A program made the translations under genes and the position numbers. A stretch of DNA of 64,000 nt from Phoronis australis. Its lineage: Eukaryota; Animalia; Phoronida. The DNA lies in NCBI GenBank assembly GCA_002633005.1, contig NMRA01000073.1, forward strand, positions 768,150-832,149, read 5' to 3'. Numbering within the stretch: position 1 is the first letter of the stretch; each line of letters begins with the position of its first letter. The notes beneath the pieces were generated by a model, which saw only the letters and a program-made list of their open reading frames with translations, made no database searches and was not told where the DNA came from. Shown here one piece after another: positions 15,201 through 26,900 of the stretch.

Positions 15201-18200
15201 AAAAAACATCAAGGAATTCGGTTTTTAGAGACAGGGGCAAAGATAAAAAATAAAATTGCTAATTGAGGCCATCGCGGTAGTCATAGCCGTCCAAAGACAT
15301 GGGCAGCCGCTGCCATATAGGAAAGCACCTGCTAAAGTTCACAAACATCAAGCAAAGGAATCAGGAACTATAGCCATGGTCGCAAAAATACAAAATCACC
15401 ATAGGGAAACACCACGGGTATCAAATCCGTCCAAAAATAATTGTCAGCCATCATGTCTTCTCATCAGGACTGCTATGATTCACAATGATCCTTTGAGCAC
15501 TTTTGTCAAATAAAGATGCAAACTCTAATAAACTAATTCAAAATCATAAAAATATATACATTGAGTCTGTCCCAACGTGCAAAGGCATAGTTATCACTTT
15601 AACAGAAGCCTATTCACCAAATTTCAGTAAAATCCATCAATAAACTGCAAAGATTCAGAAGCAAACGCAAAAAACTAAAACTGTCACTAGGGGGCCCACC
15701 TGCAGTCGGATAAGTCTAAAATTCGTTGTCATCCGTTATAATCTTCATAGGAACATATCTGCCCCATTTCACAAAGGACCTCCGAAGACTTAAAGGGAGA
15801 TAAAGCCATGAACGTAGAAAACAAAAAAATCCCACTAGGGGTCGCAATAGTACTCAGAACCATCCGAAAATCAGTATCAGTTGTGGTCTTTCAATCAGGA
15901 AAACATTTTTATAATGATCCTTTGAACGTCTGGGCAGATAGGAAGGTGGAGGTCAAAACTGTTTTAAATTGCCACCAGGTGGCTGGCGGAGAATATGTCA
16001 AATCCACCTTGAAATTAGAAGGCGTCATCATGTCTTTATAGAAACCTATGAGTTAAATTTCATGAAAATCCATCAAAGAACTCACAAGTTACAGAGGCAA
16101 ATGTAAAGAAACTAAAACTGCCACTAGGGAGCATACCAGAAGCCATATTGGTTTGAAACTCATCATTCGTTATCATCTCCATTAGAACACATCTACCAAA
16201 TTTTACAAAGATCATCCAATGAGTTACAGAGATACAGCTGAGGGGGCAAAAAATTGCCACTAAGGCTCGCCACAGCAGTCGAACCTGTCCAAAAATCAGA
16301 GTCAGTCGCTTTCTTCTTATCAAGAGCACATCTACCAATTTTCATAATGATTCTTTGAGAGGTTTGGCGGATAGGAAGGTATACATCAAAAATGTACTCA
16401 AATTTATTTAAAATTGCCACCAGATGGCGCAGAATACGTCAAATCTGTCCAAAAATGGAAAAGCGTCCTCTCTTAAAAACCTATGAGCTAAATTTCATGC
16501 AAATCCATCAAGGAACTCCAAAGATTCAGAGGCATAAGTGAAAAACTAAAATTGACACTAGGGGATAGAGCAGTAGTTGAATCGGTCCGAAACTCAAGGC
16601 CTTCAGTCGTCAGCTTCATAAAAACACATCTGTCACATCTCATTACTATCCTGCAAGGGGTTAAGGAGATTCAGACGCGGACGACCGGACAGAGATGACG
16701 GGTGGAGGTAATGCATCATTGGAATCATGGACTCACTGGAATATTGGGAACCCCATTTTGGACACCCTAATTCCGGATGAAGGCCTGTCAGATGCCCAAA
16801 CAAAGATGACGGCAATATATTTATATGTGGGCGCATAATAATTGCCAAAATGCTCTTGTTCATTTTCCAATGGCTTCAAGCATTGCTGTGAATGCCCACA
16901 ATTTTTCAAAATTTTGGTCATGTTAACTGTGGTATAAAATTTGAACATGGAAACTCATCTTTATTAATAAGTGCTATACATTGTTTCATGGAAAAAATGA
17001 TGAAGTAAAATTCCACTTGTTTGCCATAATATGCAGAAAATTATGAGTCATTACTGAACTTAATCGAGATGAAAGGACATCGTTTCGCAAGCATCTGCTG
17101 GCTTTTTCAAGACTGTGCGACCTCTAGTGGATTCGGTCAGAGTTGAGATAATCGGCAGGAAACTTCAGTTAGAATCCTGTCAAAGGTGCATCTTAGGTTG
17201 AATTTCAAGCCACCTCTTTGGTTCAAAGCTCCATTTTCAATTCTTACATACATACAATCCATGACTCCCCATTCAAGGAGACGGAGTGTATATGGAAAGT
17301 AAGTTCAGTAATGGCTACTTTTCTGCATATTATACTCGTATTGAATGAGTCATAACATTCATCGATTTGTTTGTCACAATGTGTCCTAAATTGGTAAAAT
17401 TTTACCGTACTCATCTGAGTGAAAGCCAGGGAGGTTAAATTGGGAGATTCAAAAACAGGGGAGACGATGTTCATTAAAACAAAATTTTCAAACTTTAAGT
17501 TGGCAATGGACGTCTGTCTCCATGGTCGATTTGTTCGCCATCATGGTTTGTGCACACAAGTACGATGACAGAATGCACACAGGCCAAAAGAACAAGACCT
17601 CATCTTTTACAGAAACACTACTATTGCAAAGCATTGAACTGTGCCCGCAGTGCACTACAATCTGCACTACAATCGGTGTGTTTCTCGAGTGCTGATTGAT
17701 GCTTCTTGTAAGGTACAAAGAAAAAACGACTTCACCACAAGGGGTAGAAGCAACAGTCAGAATGTTTTGTCTCATCTTTAAAACTCACCTCAAATCAAAA
17801 AGTTAGATCAGTCTTCAACACTTGCAACAAAGCAATGAATCATTTTACAAACTAAAAGGATGCTAAGCAGTTCTAGTCTACATCTACAGAAAACAATCAT
17901 GAGGTTTGGCAAATACAACTTATACAGACAAAAATCATCATAGTGGACACAGCACTTCCTAGAATCTGTTTAAGATGTTAACTGCCATCATCTCCAAAAT
18001 GGAAGAGCTACAAGAAGGTGCCAATGAGGTCAAAGCCGCCTGAATTGACCAATCACATAACTCTATATCAAGTTTAAAAGAGATCAGTTCACTATCTCTA
18101 GAAAGACTTTTCCTCCCAAAAATAATGATTGAGCAACAGAGATGGTACTAGGAGGTGACGTAGTAGTCGAATTCAACCAAAATTGAAGTTGTATGGGCAT

Positions 18201-20176
18201 CATACGCCTAGCACCACTTTTGAAATCTATCAATTAGTTCAACAGACAGCATCCAAAAACGCCCTTTCCCAAAAATACGGAAAAGCACCGCCTCATAGCA
18301 CCAAAGCACTGGTACATTAAAAAGAGGCATGCATTTTCCTAGTGATGCCAATACCCTAGAACCAAAATTCGTAAAAATACATCATTTTTTTATATTGACT
18401 GACCAACTGGACACCAGGACAATCAGACAAAATGGCCACTAGTGGGTGGTGCAGTGACATCCCATATCCCTGTGATTGCACCCTTATGCCAACTTTCATC
18501 AAGATCTTACGACCAGGGAAACTGAGATATGGGGAAGACACCCACACTAACAAGACATCCGCACATGACAACGGCAAAATACAATCACATATCCTTAGTG
18601 GGTGCATAAAAATTGGGTATTTTGCCACCCGAATATGGCAAAGAGAAACAAGCTGAAATTTCAGCTAAAATTATCATCTCAGAAGGATGTATACGCAGTT
18701 GTCACTTGACTGTATGTTAGGCTTTCATAAAAGTACACGTACTCATCATTGACCACCATGATTGTAACCGGCCTCCAGTAAAGGAAGCATATGCCAGCAC
18801 TTATCACAATAGGCCAAACTGCCTCCTCCATTTTGACATCATATTCCATGGCACATGTAAAAATGGCCAATAGCTGATATGGGCAATGGAACGAAGGACT
18901 ATTCGAAAAAAATTTGATTGCGGGAGTAATTGTTTGAGCTTCAAGAAGAGTCAGACATATATTTAAACAGCCTGCTGAGGTGTCCGACCATCTATACACC
19001 AAAGATACTATAGCAACATGAGTTTGATGATTTAATGAGTGAGAGGCATAATTCGATGGAATTCTACAGGTATATGGAATGCCCAAGAGACTATCACCAT
19101 GTCTACTGGGGCAAGTTGAGACGGTGATACTGTTGCAGCCTGAACTGATGCCTGCATCCAACTGATTTGGCGCTCTTGGGCGCAGGTTGGTGAACAAAAC
19201 TGATGCCTGCACCAAACTAAAGCTATCGTAAGTTCCCAAATTAACGCAAGTGGTTTATGGATTATATGATACTTATCAGAACCCAAAATTGACAGCAGCA
19301 AGTGCTTAAATAAGCAGGTCACATGAAGGAAGTATCCTACGAAACCATTACGCACCTCACCGTTGTTGTAGATGTGCTTCCGGTGAATTATATGAGCCTC
19401 TGTTAGCTACTCGCTAACGGGCAATTGCCTATTAGCTGAATGGTTAGCACACTTGCCGGTTTTATGGGGGTCGCTGCTTCGATCCCCGGGTCGGGTAATC
19501 TCGGCTGATACTACACCGTATTCAATGTCATTAATTTCAGTTCCAATAACAGTTAAAAACCCATATAAACCATTGGCAGTAATTTGGGAACTTACACTAG
19601 CTTCAGTTTGACTTATCAACCCACGCCAAATGAAGTGCAGCAAACTGATCTGGCAATAGTTTGGGCTGCAACAGTATACCGTCCAATACAAGGTCTGCTG
19701 TTGCAGTCATTAAAGAAATAATGGGTCATGGACGTGTCAGTTATTACACAAGCCTTGTATATCAGAAACAGCAAACCTGGTACTCTTGGTTAACAATGCA
19801 TCTTTGCTTAATCTTAAAAGTGTTACTTGAGACTTGAGTGAATATAATCACTTCCCTCGTAAAATAGTTGCTCTTAAGATCACTTGTTAACTTTAAACAG
19901 AAAAGGCTTTAACAAATTTATATTTTTCATTCTTTTAAACAAACACAGGTAAGGCTTTTGCGTTGCATTCTGAACATACTAAAATAAATGAATGGCCTTG
20001 GTTGCAGACATAACCACACCAGGAAGTGCCTTGCTTGAAATAGGCCAACGCCAGGACCGAACTGTGGAAGAGAGCCCAGCATTTAAAAAAGTTAATTACT
20101 GCCCGAAAACAGGAAAAAATCTCTTACCAACTCCATATTTCTTGTCCGTTGTTGGTCTCCACATAGTGCTCGACAT
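272..20176 (-). CDS. DOCK3/DOCK4: Dedicator of cytokinesis DOCK3/DOCK4-type (DOCK-B) Rac GEF, 5' part (SH3 domain); gene continues beyond the left edge
   Basis: Coding exons 20128-20176 (MSSTMWRPTTDKKYGV; second ATG at 20164), 4539-4628 (AIYNFSSKVHDSLPLEIGETVQILEELIPG) and 272-312 (SWYRGFSTRNKHKK). All have GT-AG boundaries with consistent phases 1,1,0. The joined peptide closely resembles the DOCK3/4 N-terminus (MWxPT..KYGV...LEIGxTVQILE...WYRG). Intron 1 is ~15.5 kb (4629-20127). Confidence 0.92.
1876..2522. mobile_element. Fold-back (near-palindromic) MITE, Kolobok/piggyBac-like termini
   Basis: The left arm (ggtcactgcctaccttcg...) is the imperfect reverse complement of the right arm (...cgaaggtaagcaatgacc) over ~320 bp per side. 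Flanks are CTAA and TTAA. This explains the mirror-image ORFs 1878-2069(-) and 2332-2520(+). Confidence 0.8.
5078..5130. repeat. (TG)n/(TGCG) microsatellite inside a probable MITE remnant (~4785-5200)
   Basis: Run of tgtgtg...cgtgtgcgtg. Flanking sequence repeats the motif ctccac...gtggggtaag. Confidence 0.8.
7998..8505. mobile_element. Probable Harbinger-like MITE remnant
   Basis: Degenerate TIRs ggccttttcaaa / tatgaaagaccc. Internal repeated motifs gaccgttcatactg and gaagttaa. Confidence 0.4.
9890..10243. mobile_element. Probable MITE with internal inverted repeat
   Basis: Perfect 18-bp inverted repeat: actgacacggagcaaatt (9901-9918) and aatttgctccgtgtcagt (~10192-10209). tgtaaac-type motifs typical of Harbinger-like MITEs. 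Confidence 0.45.
12659..12816. mobile_element. Tc1/mariner-type MITE, 158 bp
   Basis: Perfect 24-bp TIRs ccgtaatcgttcgggttaacgccc / gggcgttaacccgaacgattacgg, flanked by TA on both sides. Confidence 0.9.
14620..16632 (+). repeat. Degenerate ~144-bp tandem array (~14 units) with CTCF-like motifs, probably Helitron/Helentron-derived
   Basis: Recurring blocks aaatttcat..aaatccatcaaggaactc, gtcgaatc.gtccaaaa and (g/c)ccac(t/c)ag(g/a)(t/g)ggc at ~14677, 14823, 14945, 15110, 15683, 15832, 15971, 16120, 16256, 16416 and 16554. Related units at ~5600-5770 and ~18050-18620. Confidence 0.8.
19428..19530 (+). mobile_element. tRNA-derived SINE head (degenerate)
   Basis: A-box-like tagctgaatggttagc and B-box-like gcttcgatccc at tRNA-like spacing. 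No intact cloverleaf, so not called as a tRNA. Confidence 0.5.
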
Positions 20177-20711
20177 GAGAACAACTACTTGAAACCTTAC
20201 TTCCGCGATCTAAATAACTGAAATACTGAAAACTTCCTTCATCGTGAACTTGGCACTGAACTGGTCATCCGATACGTCATGCTAAAATCGATTAAAATGT
20301 TGCATTAAATTCAAAGGTTTACAAGTAAATTTTTGAAAAAAACCTAAGAAAAGTTCTTTTTAACACATTTTTATCTTTGATAGAAAATATTATAACTGCT
20401 TCTTCTTAGATCGGCGACTCTAGTTTTCAGAAACACTTTACATGACAATAAATTTTTGCTTGCCAATTCCTAGATATTACTTAGTATTTGAAAGTTAATG
20501 TTTGAAATAAGCAAGTTATGTCAGTAGCAAAGACAGAAACCTAAAAATACATTTTTAAATATTTGATAATAATTTATTCTTTTTTTTGGGATTTTTTCGC
20601 ATACTCTAAAACATGAAATGGAAAACTTTCTTGGATACGAAATGCTAGCTTTGTATTAGTGGAGGGATTCCCCAAACAAATGTCCACCCTTCCAGTTTCA
20701 ACGTATTGTTG
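20177..20711. promoter_or_regulatory. Putative bidirectional promoter region between DOCK3/4 (-) and the MYND gene (+)
   Basis: DOCK start codon at 20176 (-). A strong + strand donor ttg|gtaagt at 20712 would close a non-coding first exon of the MYND gene, with the next acceptor tttttttag| at 23810. Confidence 0.45.
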
Positions 20712-21599
20712 GTAAGTATTTTCTCCCGGGCATGTCTGTTTACTTAAGTTCTTCTTTTTCCTTTTGGTTTAAGTGACCACAATCTCTCCAGAGTATCACT
20801 GAATAACAATGAAGATCAACGAAAACGAGAACAACTATAAACGGTGTAGTAATAGCCGAGATTAGGAATAGGGGTCACAGATTTTGAGCCCCTGTTATTA
20901 CGGTACTGCTGTGTTCGGAAGTGTAATTTGTAGATCATTGTGGTATAGTCTACTCACAACTATTCCGTCATCTCTGTGATGTAGTCCATTGTTTTCACTA
21001 CCCTTTTCCAAATTCGCGTCTATAACAGGAATTTTAGAGTGAGCTTGTGAGTACAGGATTTTCAAGTAGTTAAAATTATTGTCAAAAGTCTTCTTGAACC
21101 TTGTTGGGCATCCAAATAATCAAATACTGTCAAGGCTAGGCATGTAGGCGACTATTGCAGTTTCAACATTTTCTTCTTCTTTATTTGTACACAGGGCCAT
21201 CAAAAAGTGCAGCAAACAAACAAGATCATTGTGGTGCTATGCACACTAGTCAGCACTACGCAAGCTGTTCCATTTTGTAGATAGGTGGTATACATATTTC
21301 ACAACTGAGGTATCAGGATTACATAACAGTCTATCAAATTTAAACATAGAGGGACTTGTCCAGAGGCTCTCACTTTGCTTTGATTTCGGAAAAAGTGTCG
21401 CAAACTAATAAAAACTGTTATTCATCCTCAATACAATTCCTCGAGTATAATGTACACTCTGTCTTGATATATCACATTTACGTGACAACTAGTTTTTACT
21501 GCCAGTCTGTGGTTTGCACTTTGAAAACATGTAAAACTTTGCACAAACATTCTTTGAAGATTATCAAATTACAAATAGTTTTCATGTTCAAATACAACC

Positions 21600-23030
21600 T
21601 GAAAATAAATATGTAATAGTTTAACTTCAGGAATCAACATCAGACTGCCATCTTTGCAAAGCACAGTCCTTAACACGTTGTGAGAAAGTATTTACAAACG
21701 ACTCTTGACACGTGACTCCTTGGTTTACCCAAATATCATAGAAACCATACATTGACAATAAATTGCAGACTGAGCTTGCCCAATTTTACATATATGTCTA
21801 CCATTTTCATCTAGTCTGTACAACATGTAAGCTGGATAACATTCCTGTGGCATATTCAAAATTTTAAACCAGTATTTACTACAGCTAACAAAGTGTCTTG
21901 TAAACATAGGGTATCTGCCATTTTCACCCAATACTACAGCATTAGAGCAAGAACTGCGTGGTCCCAAGGTCCATTCACAAAATTTTAAATGATTTTTTTC
22001 TAAACACTCATATTCTTTCAAACCCCAAATCTCGGCACCATAACACAATGTTGGGTACACCAGTTTATCAAATAACTGAAAGGCAAGTGATGGGGACATG
22101 TGGTGACATCTGCATTGTAGTTTCAAAACACGTGATGCAGCTTTAATTGCTTGACAAGAGAGAGTTTAATTGTCGCTTTTGACCATGACAATTTAGGTGT
22201 GATAAAAACATCAAGATATTTATTTATGAAATACAACATCAACTTGCTGTTATTTAAAAAACATTTCTCATACTGTCTTAAGGGACCTCCATTTCTAAGC
22301 ACAATTATTTTGGTTTTCTTTAAATTCACACCATACCCCATGAATCACAATAATCACTGAGATAATTTATCATGTCATGTGCATACAATAGTGAATTAAT
22401 ATTTGTAGCATGCTCATATAAGTAGATACTATTTATATCACTACGTGAATTGAGTTTTTCTAAAAACTCATTGAGATACAAAACAAATAGCAGTGGGCTT
22501 TGGCAGCCTTGACGAGTACCAATAGTGCAATTAAATGAGTCTGTTAAACCATCACACGTTTTAACACGTGATCTCAACTTGCTATATACATTGATCGCAG
22601 AATTGATAACATATTACCATGAACATTAATTTGCATAAGCCTAAGTAAAATAAGGGGTACTCGATCAACAGCTTTTGAAAAGTCAATAAATGCACAATAG
22701 AACCTGCCACCCTTCTTGCTTATGTGTTTCTGACATATTGCATACAAAGATAATATATGATCCACAGTCACGTAACCCCTGCGATACCCTGCCTCAGGGC
22801 TTCAAAAAGTTGACCATTACTTTCGGCCCAGTTATACAATCCGTTATTCAGTATTCTGGTAAAGAGCTTCCCAATAGCCAACAGAAGCGAAATGCCTCTA
22901 TAATTATTCTCATCGTCCACGTTACCTTGTTTAAACAATGGAATTAACATCGCATTGAACCAAGCCTGGGGATAGAAACCTGACAGGAAAATTATATTGA
23001 ACAACTTAATAATATGCAGCATTCAATATT
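21600..23030 (-). mobile_element. Decayed non-LTR retrotransposon RT region (RTE-X/L2-like)
   Basis: Frameshifted RT motifs in order on the minus strand: IPLFKQGNVDDENNYRGISLL, FYCAFIDFSKAVDRV, GTRQGCQSPLLF, LLYAHD, KYLDVF, LCYGAEIWG, VLGENGRYP. Confidence 0.88.
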
Positions 23031-23928
23031 TTCATGACTAAGCAACATACCTCAACGTCGTCAAAGATTGCCAAGAAGAACAGCAAGAGAAAAGGGGAGA
23101 AATCCACTTCTGAAAAAAATTCAAGGAATATCAACAAACTATAATTCCTGAAATTCGTTTAGAAAATATATTCATGATTGAGTTGTTGCACAAACATGAG
23201 GTACTTTGTTTACTGATGTGACTCGGAATGGGGGACTGTTGTAAATGTACTTTATAATTTTGTCCATGGATTATCTGGAATTTTACAAAAATCGTGCATA
23301 GCAAGTGTATTTTGTTCAGCTTCTCGTTAAAAACTTAAACACATGATTTTGTTACCATTTTTTACCATTCGCTTTATCTGCTAAAGCTGTGTTTCCTCCT
23401 ATTTAGCTGGCTAAAAATGAAAATTGTGTTGGTCCTTATAACTTGAAATCAGTCTCATGATTCCTTAAAATGATAGGGTTTAATTTCCATACCAACTCAA
23501 ACATTAGGAATTCTTAATTTTAGGCTTGCCCGACCCCAATAAACACTGAAGTGTTTCTCCAATCTTTTCGAATTCCTAAGTTTTGGGTTGGCTAAGCTCA
23601 ATATACTCTGAAGTATTTTTGAGCTGCTAATGGTTTCAGTGTTCTTGTTGCTAATGGAGATCTATAGAATCCTATCACAGTAAGGAATATGAGACTGAAT
23701 TTTATATGAGGGTAGAAGGACTAAAATTCAATTTTCGTTTTTTACGTACTACTGAGCTAAACAAGTAAAATCCAGGTTTACATTTATATAAAATGTTTTT
23801 CTTTTTTTAGCGTGACTGATGATTGGTAATATTTTGGCGTTGTGTTAGTGAGCCTTCACCAGTTGTCTTCAAATTGCATCGCTACCAGTTAAGAACTCAG
23901 AAAAAAACTGCCGTAGTAGCAGGAAAGA

Positions 23929-26900
23929 ATGTCTGGTAAGAACAAAGGTCCAGATGGATTGAAAGTTTGTGTTTGTGTTGAGTGTTAGTGTTGAGTGTTA
24001 GTACTCTCCGGGTGAAGAGTTTAACCAGCCTGATAATGTTCTTCAGAGTTTGTTCAGCTCAACAGTCCTATACATTATTGTCCAGCATGGCTGTACAGTG
24101 TACCTGCNTGGCTACTAGTCCTAAGCACTGTTCCGTTCTTTATCCTTTAGAGAGGAAGGCGGACATTATTAGTGGCATTTGTGGTTACATTTTGATTTTT
24201 GGTTATCATCAGGGGTAAATTTTTAAAATTTTTAATTCCGCAGGTTCTATTTAGTTATGCGTGTGACACTCCACCAGAAGTGACATTCGCGAACTGAATC
24301 GTTCACCCCCAGTTTTGTAAATGTGGTGATTCATTCCAGATATCTGATTTTATACTTTTTCCAAAAACTGCCGTTATTAGTTGCCTTCAACTAGTATTCT
24401 CAGACAATTGAGAGGGAGTTATAGTCACTTTTTGATCTCCAGTGAATTAGAAATGGCTGGATCGAGACAGTGACAACAAAAACACGAATCACATGCATGG
24501 TGAAGCTGTACTAGTTGATGGCCTTCGACACTAAAGTGACCTAATTTTGCATATGCATGGGTGACACCAACTCTGTGGCCTTGAGTTTCTAACAGTGGCT
24601 ACAGCTGACTACAATTTGCACTTCAAACATGCATTCCTTGCAGATGGCAACAGCTCAGAGAACTGAATTATAAACAGTATGGCAGCCTTCTTCAGAACAT
24701 CTTCAGAACGTGTTCATAAATTAACATGATCTCTGCCTTCATGTTCCTTATGTTATCTAAAGGTACTAAATTTGCCGCATGCACGAAAGTTTTACATTAC
24801 TTTAGCTGTGGCGTGAATTGGCAATGTTGCATTCTGGACATCAATGAACCAACTCCTGATGGATCTTGTCATGCATCGTAAACTGGTGAAACGGAACTCC
24901 TATACCCTTCGAGAGCTTGTGATGTGTACATAATTGTACGCAACAACTTCCACAAATAGTGAATAAGACTCAAACATGTCCGATATCAAACACAGGACAA
25001 AGTACATGACTTGTAAAAAGTGAAGCTGGCGGGAAATGATTTGGGCCGCATGCTTCACTTCTGGACTGACGCATGTGGGGAAATATTCGGGTCGCGGGCA
25101 TCACTTTAGGGTGACGTATGCATCATTAGTTAGAGCCCTGGGGAATTCGAGTAACTACACTAACTTGGAAATTTATCTAGGATATCAAAAAAACGCAATT
25201 TAACCAGAAGTGACACTGAAAACAAATTGCCTTTCCCTCGAAAGTGCATTCGACTGAGCATCATTTTTCACTGGAAACCTGGAAAGTAATCGAGGATTAT
25301 TATGATTGCTATGTAATAATGTGTTAATTAGCTGCTTTTGAGTGTTTGGTGATTGGCGTGACAAGCATATAGTAGAGTGAGCCAATCACAAGAGCAGTTA
25401 TCAAATTGGAAATCTTTATGCACCATGTGTGACATTTTGCCGTGTTTTTAACTGTCTGAAAAACTTACAATTGGTCTCATAATATCACTTACCATTAAAG
25501 GATTCTATATCTGCTACCTGTGTTCTTCTTGGTAACAGAAATAGGATTCAGTGGCGGATTTAGAGGGGGCCCAAAGGGGCCATTTGGCAGTTCGGGGATG
25601 CGAATGTCTGAGGGGTAAAATCCTAGTTAATACTCTGCTCTGCCTCCCCCCCCAAGTCAAAATCCTGCATCTGCCCTTGGAATCCTATCATGGTAAGGAC
25701 TGTTTTGAGACAAATTTGTTGAGAGTAAAATGCCTGATCCTATCTACAATTGTTAGCCAGCTAAACAAGACGAAATGCAACATTACTTTAACTTAAGAAA
25801 ACCTTCTATTTTGTTAATTTTGTAATTGAAATTGAATATACCATGGGACATGTATTGCTATGCGGAAAGGTAGAAGATTGGTGACAATGTCGACACACAG
25901 CATAACCTTGTAAATGGTGCTCATAAGCATGTTTGCATCACTAGAAAGTCTGCGTCAGTAGTCCATTGCTGTTAAGATGTCGTAAATAATACAGTTTTCC
26001 TGCAGCCAAAGTTCAGTTCTATGAACCAATGTGAAGAGAACTAGACGCTCTAGAGATTTGGAGCTAGAACTAAAGTACGCTAGGTCGTGTATGGTCTTGC
26101 AATGAGTGTATGGATGTTCAATACATGAGACTTCTAACTTGAGTTATGTAGCTTTAGATTTATGTCTAGGCTGAATTTTGCCAACTTCCGAACATCATAT
26201 CACTGAAATGGCTGATCAGATTCATACGAAATTTTAATGCTAGACAGTGCTGTTTAAAACTGGTCTTGAAAAGTCTGTTGTTTTTAAATTGTTTCACTTT
26301 TGCATGATGAGCATTGGGTTTCTTTTGGAATCAAATTCTTAATCTGTAAGCTCCTCACTTTTAGAAAATACTTTAAATTTAGCTAAATGCTCAGACTTAC
26401 AGAGACTTGTTGTAACTCAGGTCTGTATCTGCAAGTCCTGAGGAAGAAGTTAATTGCTATGTTGTTTCTCATTATTTCAGAGCGCAAAAAAGCGGATGAC
26501 GAAGTGCACAGGTTAACCTATCTAAAAAGGGAACTTGTAAGTAGGATAAAACCTTTTGAATGATCAGCGAATTCTTTTCGCTTCATCTTAACATATAAAG
26601 TGAGTCGAGTTTGGTAACATGTTTTCAATGAAGTACGTAACAATTTTGTATGTTTTATGGTATAGGATCCTAGAAAAATATATGATCTGCATAAATCCAT
26701 ACTTGTCACAGGACTTGGAATTTTCCTTTTTTAAAAGGATTTCATCTTTTTTAGTTTCGATTTCCTCTTATTTAATTTACAGTTTCCTCTATTTTCCTCT
26801 CTTTTTTATCATTATTTTGACTTTATTCATGCATTTGTTTCAGTTACATTTTACAACACAAAAAATATTTCTGTCTTACCAGCCTATTTATTTATGGAGG

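Noticed and set aside
14620-16632. Repeat-spacer-like periodicity suggestive of a CRISPR array (also considered at 51331-51492 and 29469-29567)
   Set aside because: The context is a eukaryotic intron, whole units are homologous (no unique spacers), and there are no cas genes.
16631-17900. TGTCACA start suggesting a solo LTR interrupting the tandem array
   Set aside because: No matching ...CA end with a TSD, PBS or PPT could be located.
18679-19355. 186-aa and 107-aa minus-strand ORFs in DOCK intron 1; faint gag-like wording on the + strand
   Set aside because: No recognisable domain, no fitting splice phase with the DOCK exons, and the gag resemblance is too weak to call.
19428-19500. Possible tRNA gene
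   Set aside because: A and B boxes are present, but the acceptor and anticodon stems do not pair. Treated as a SINE head.
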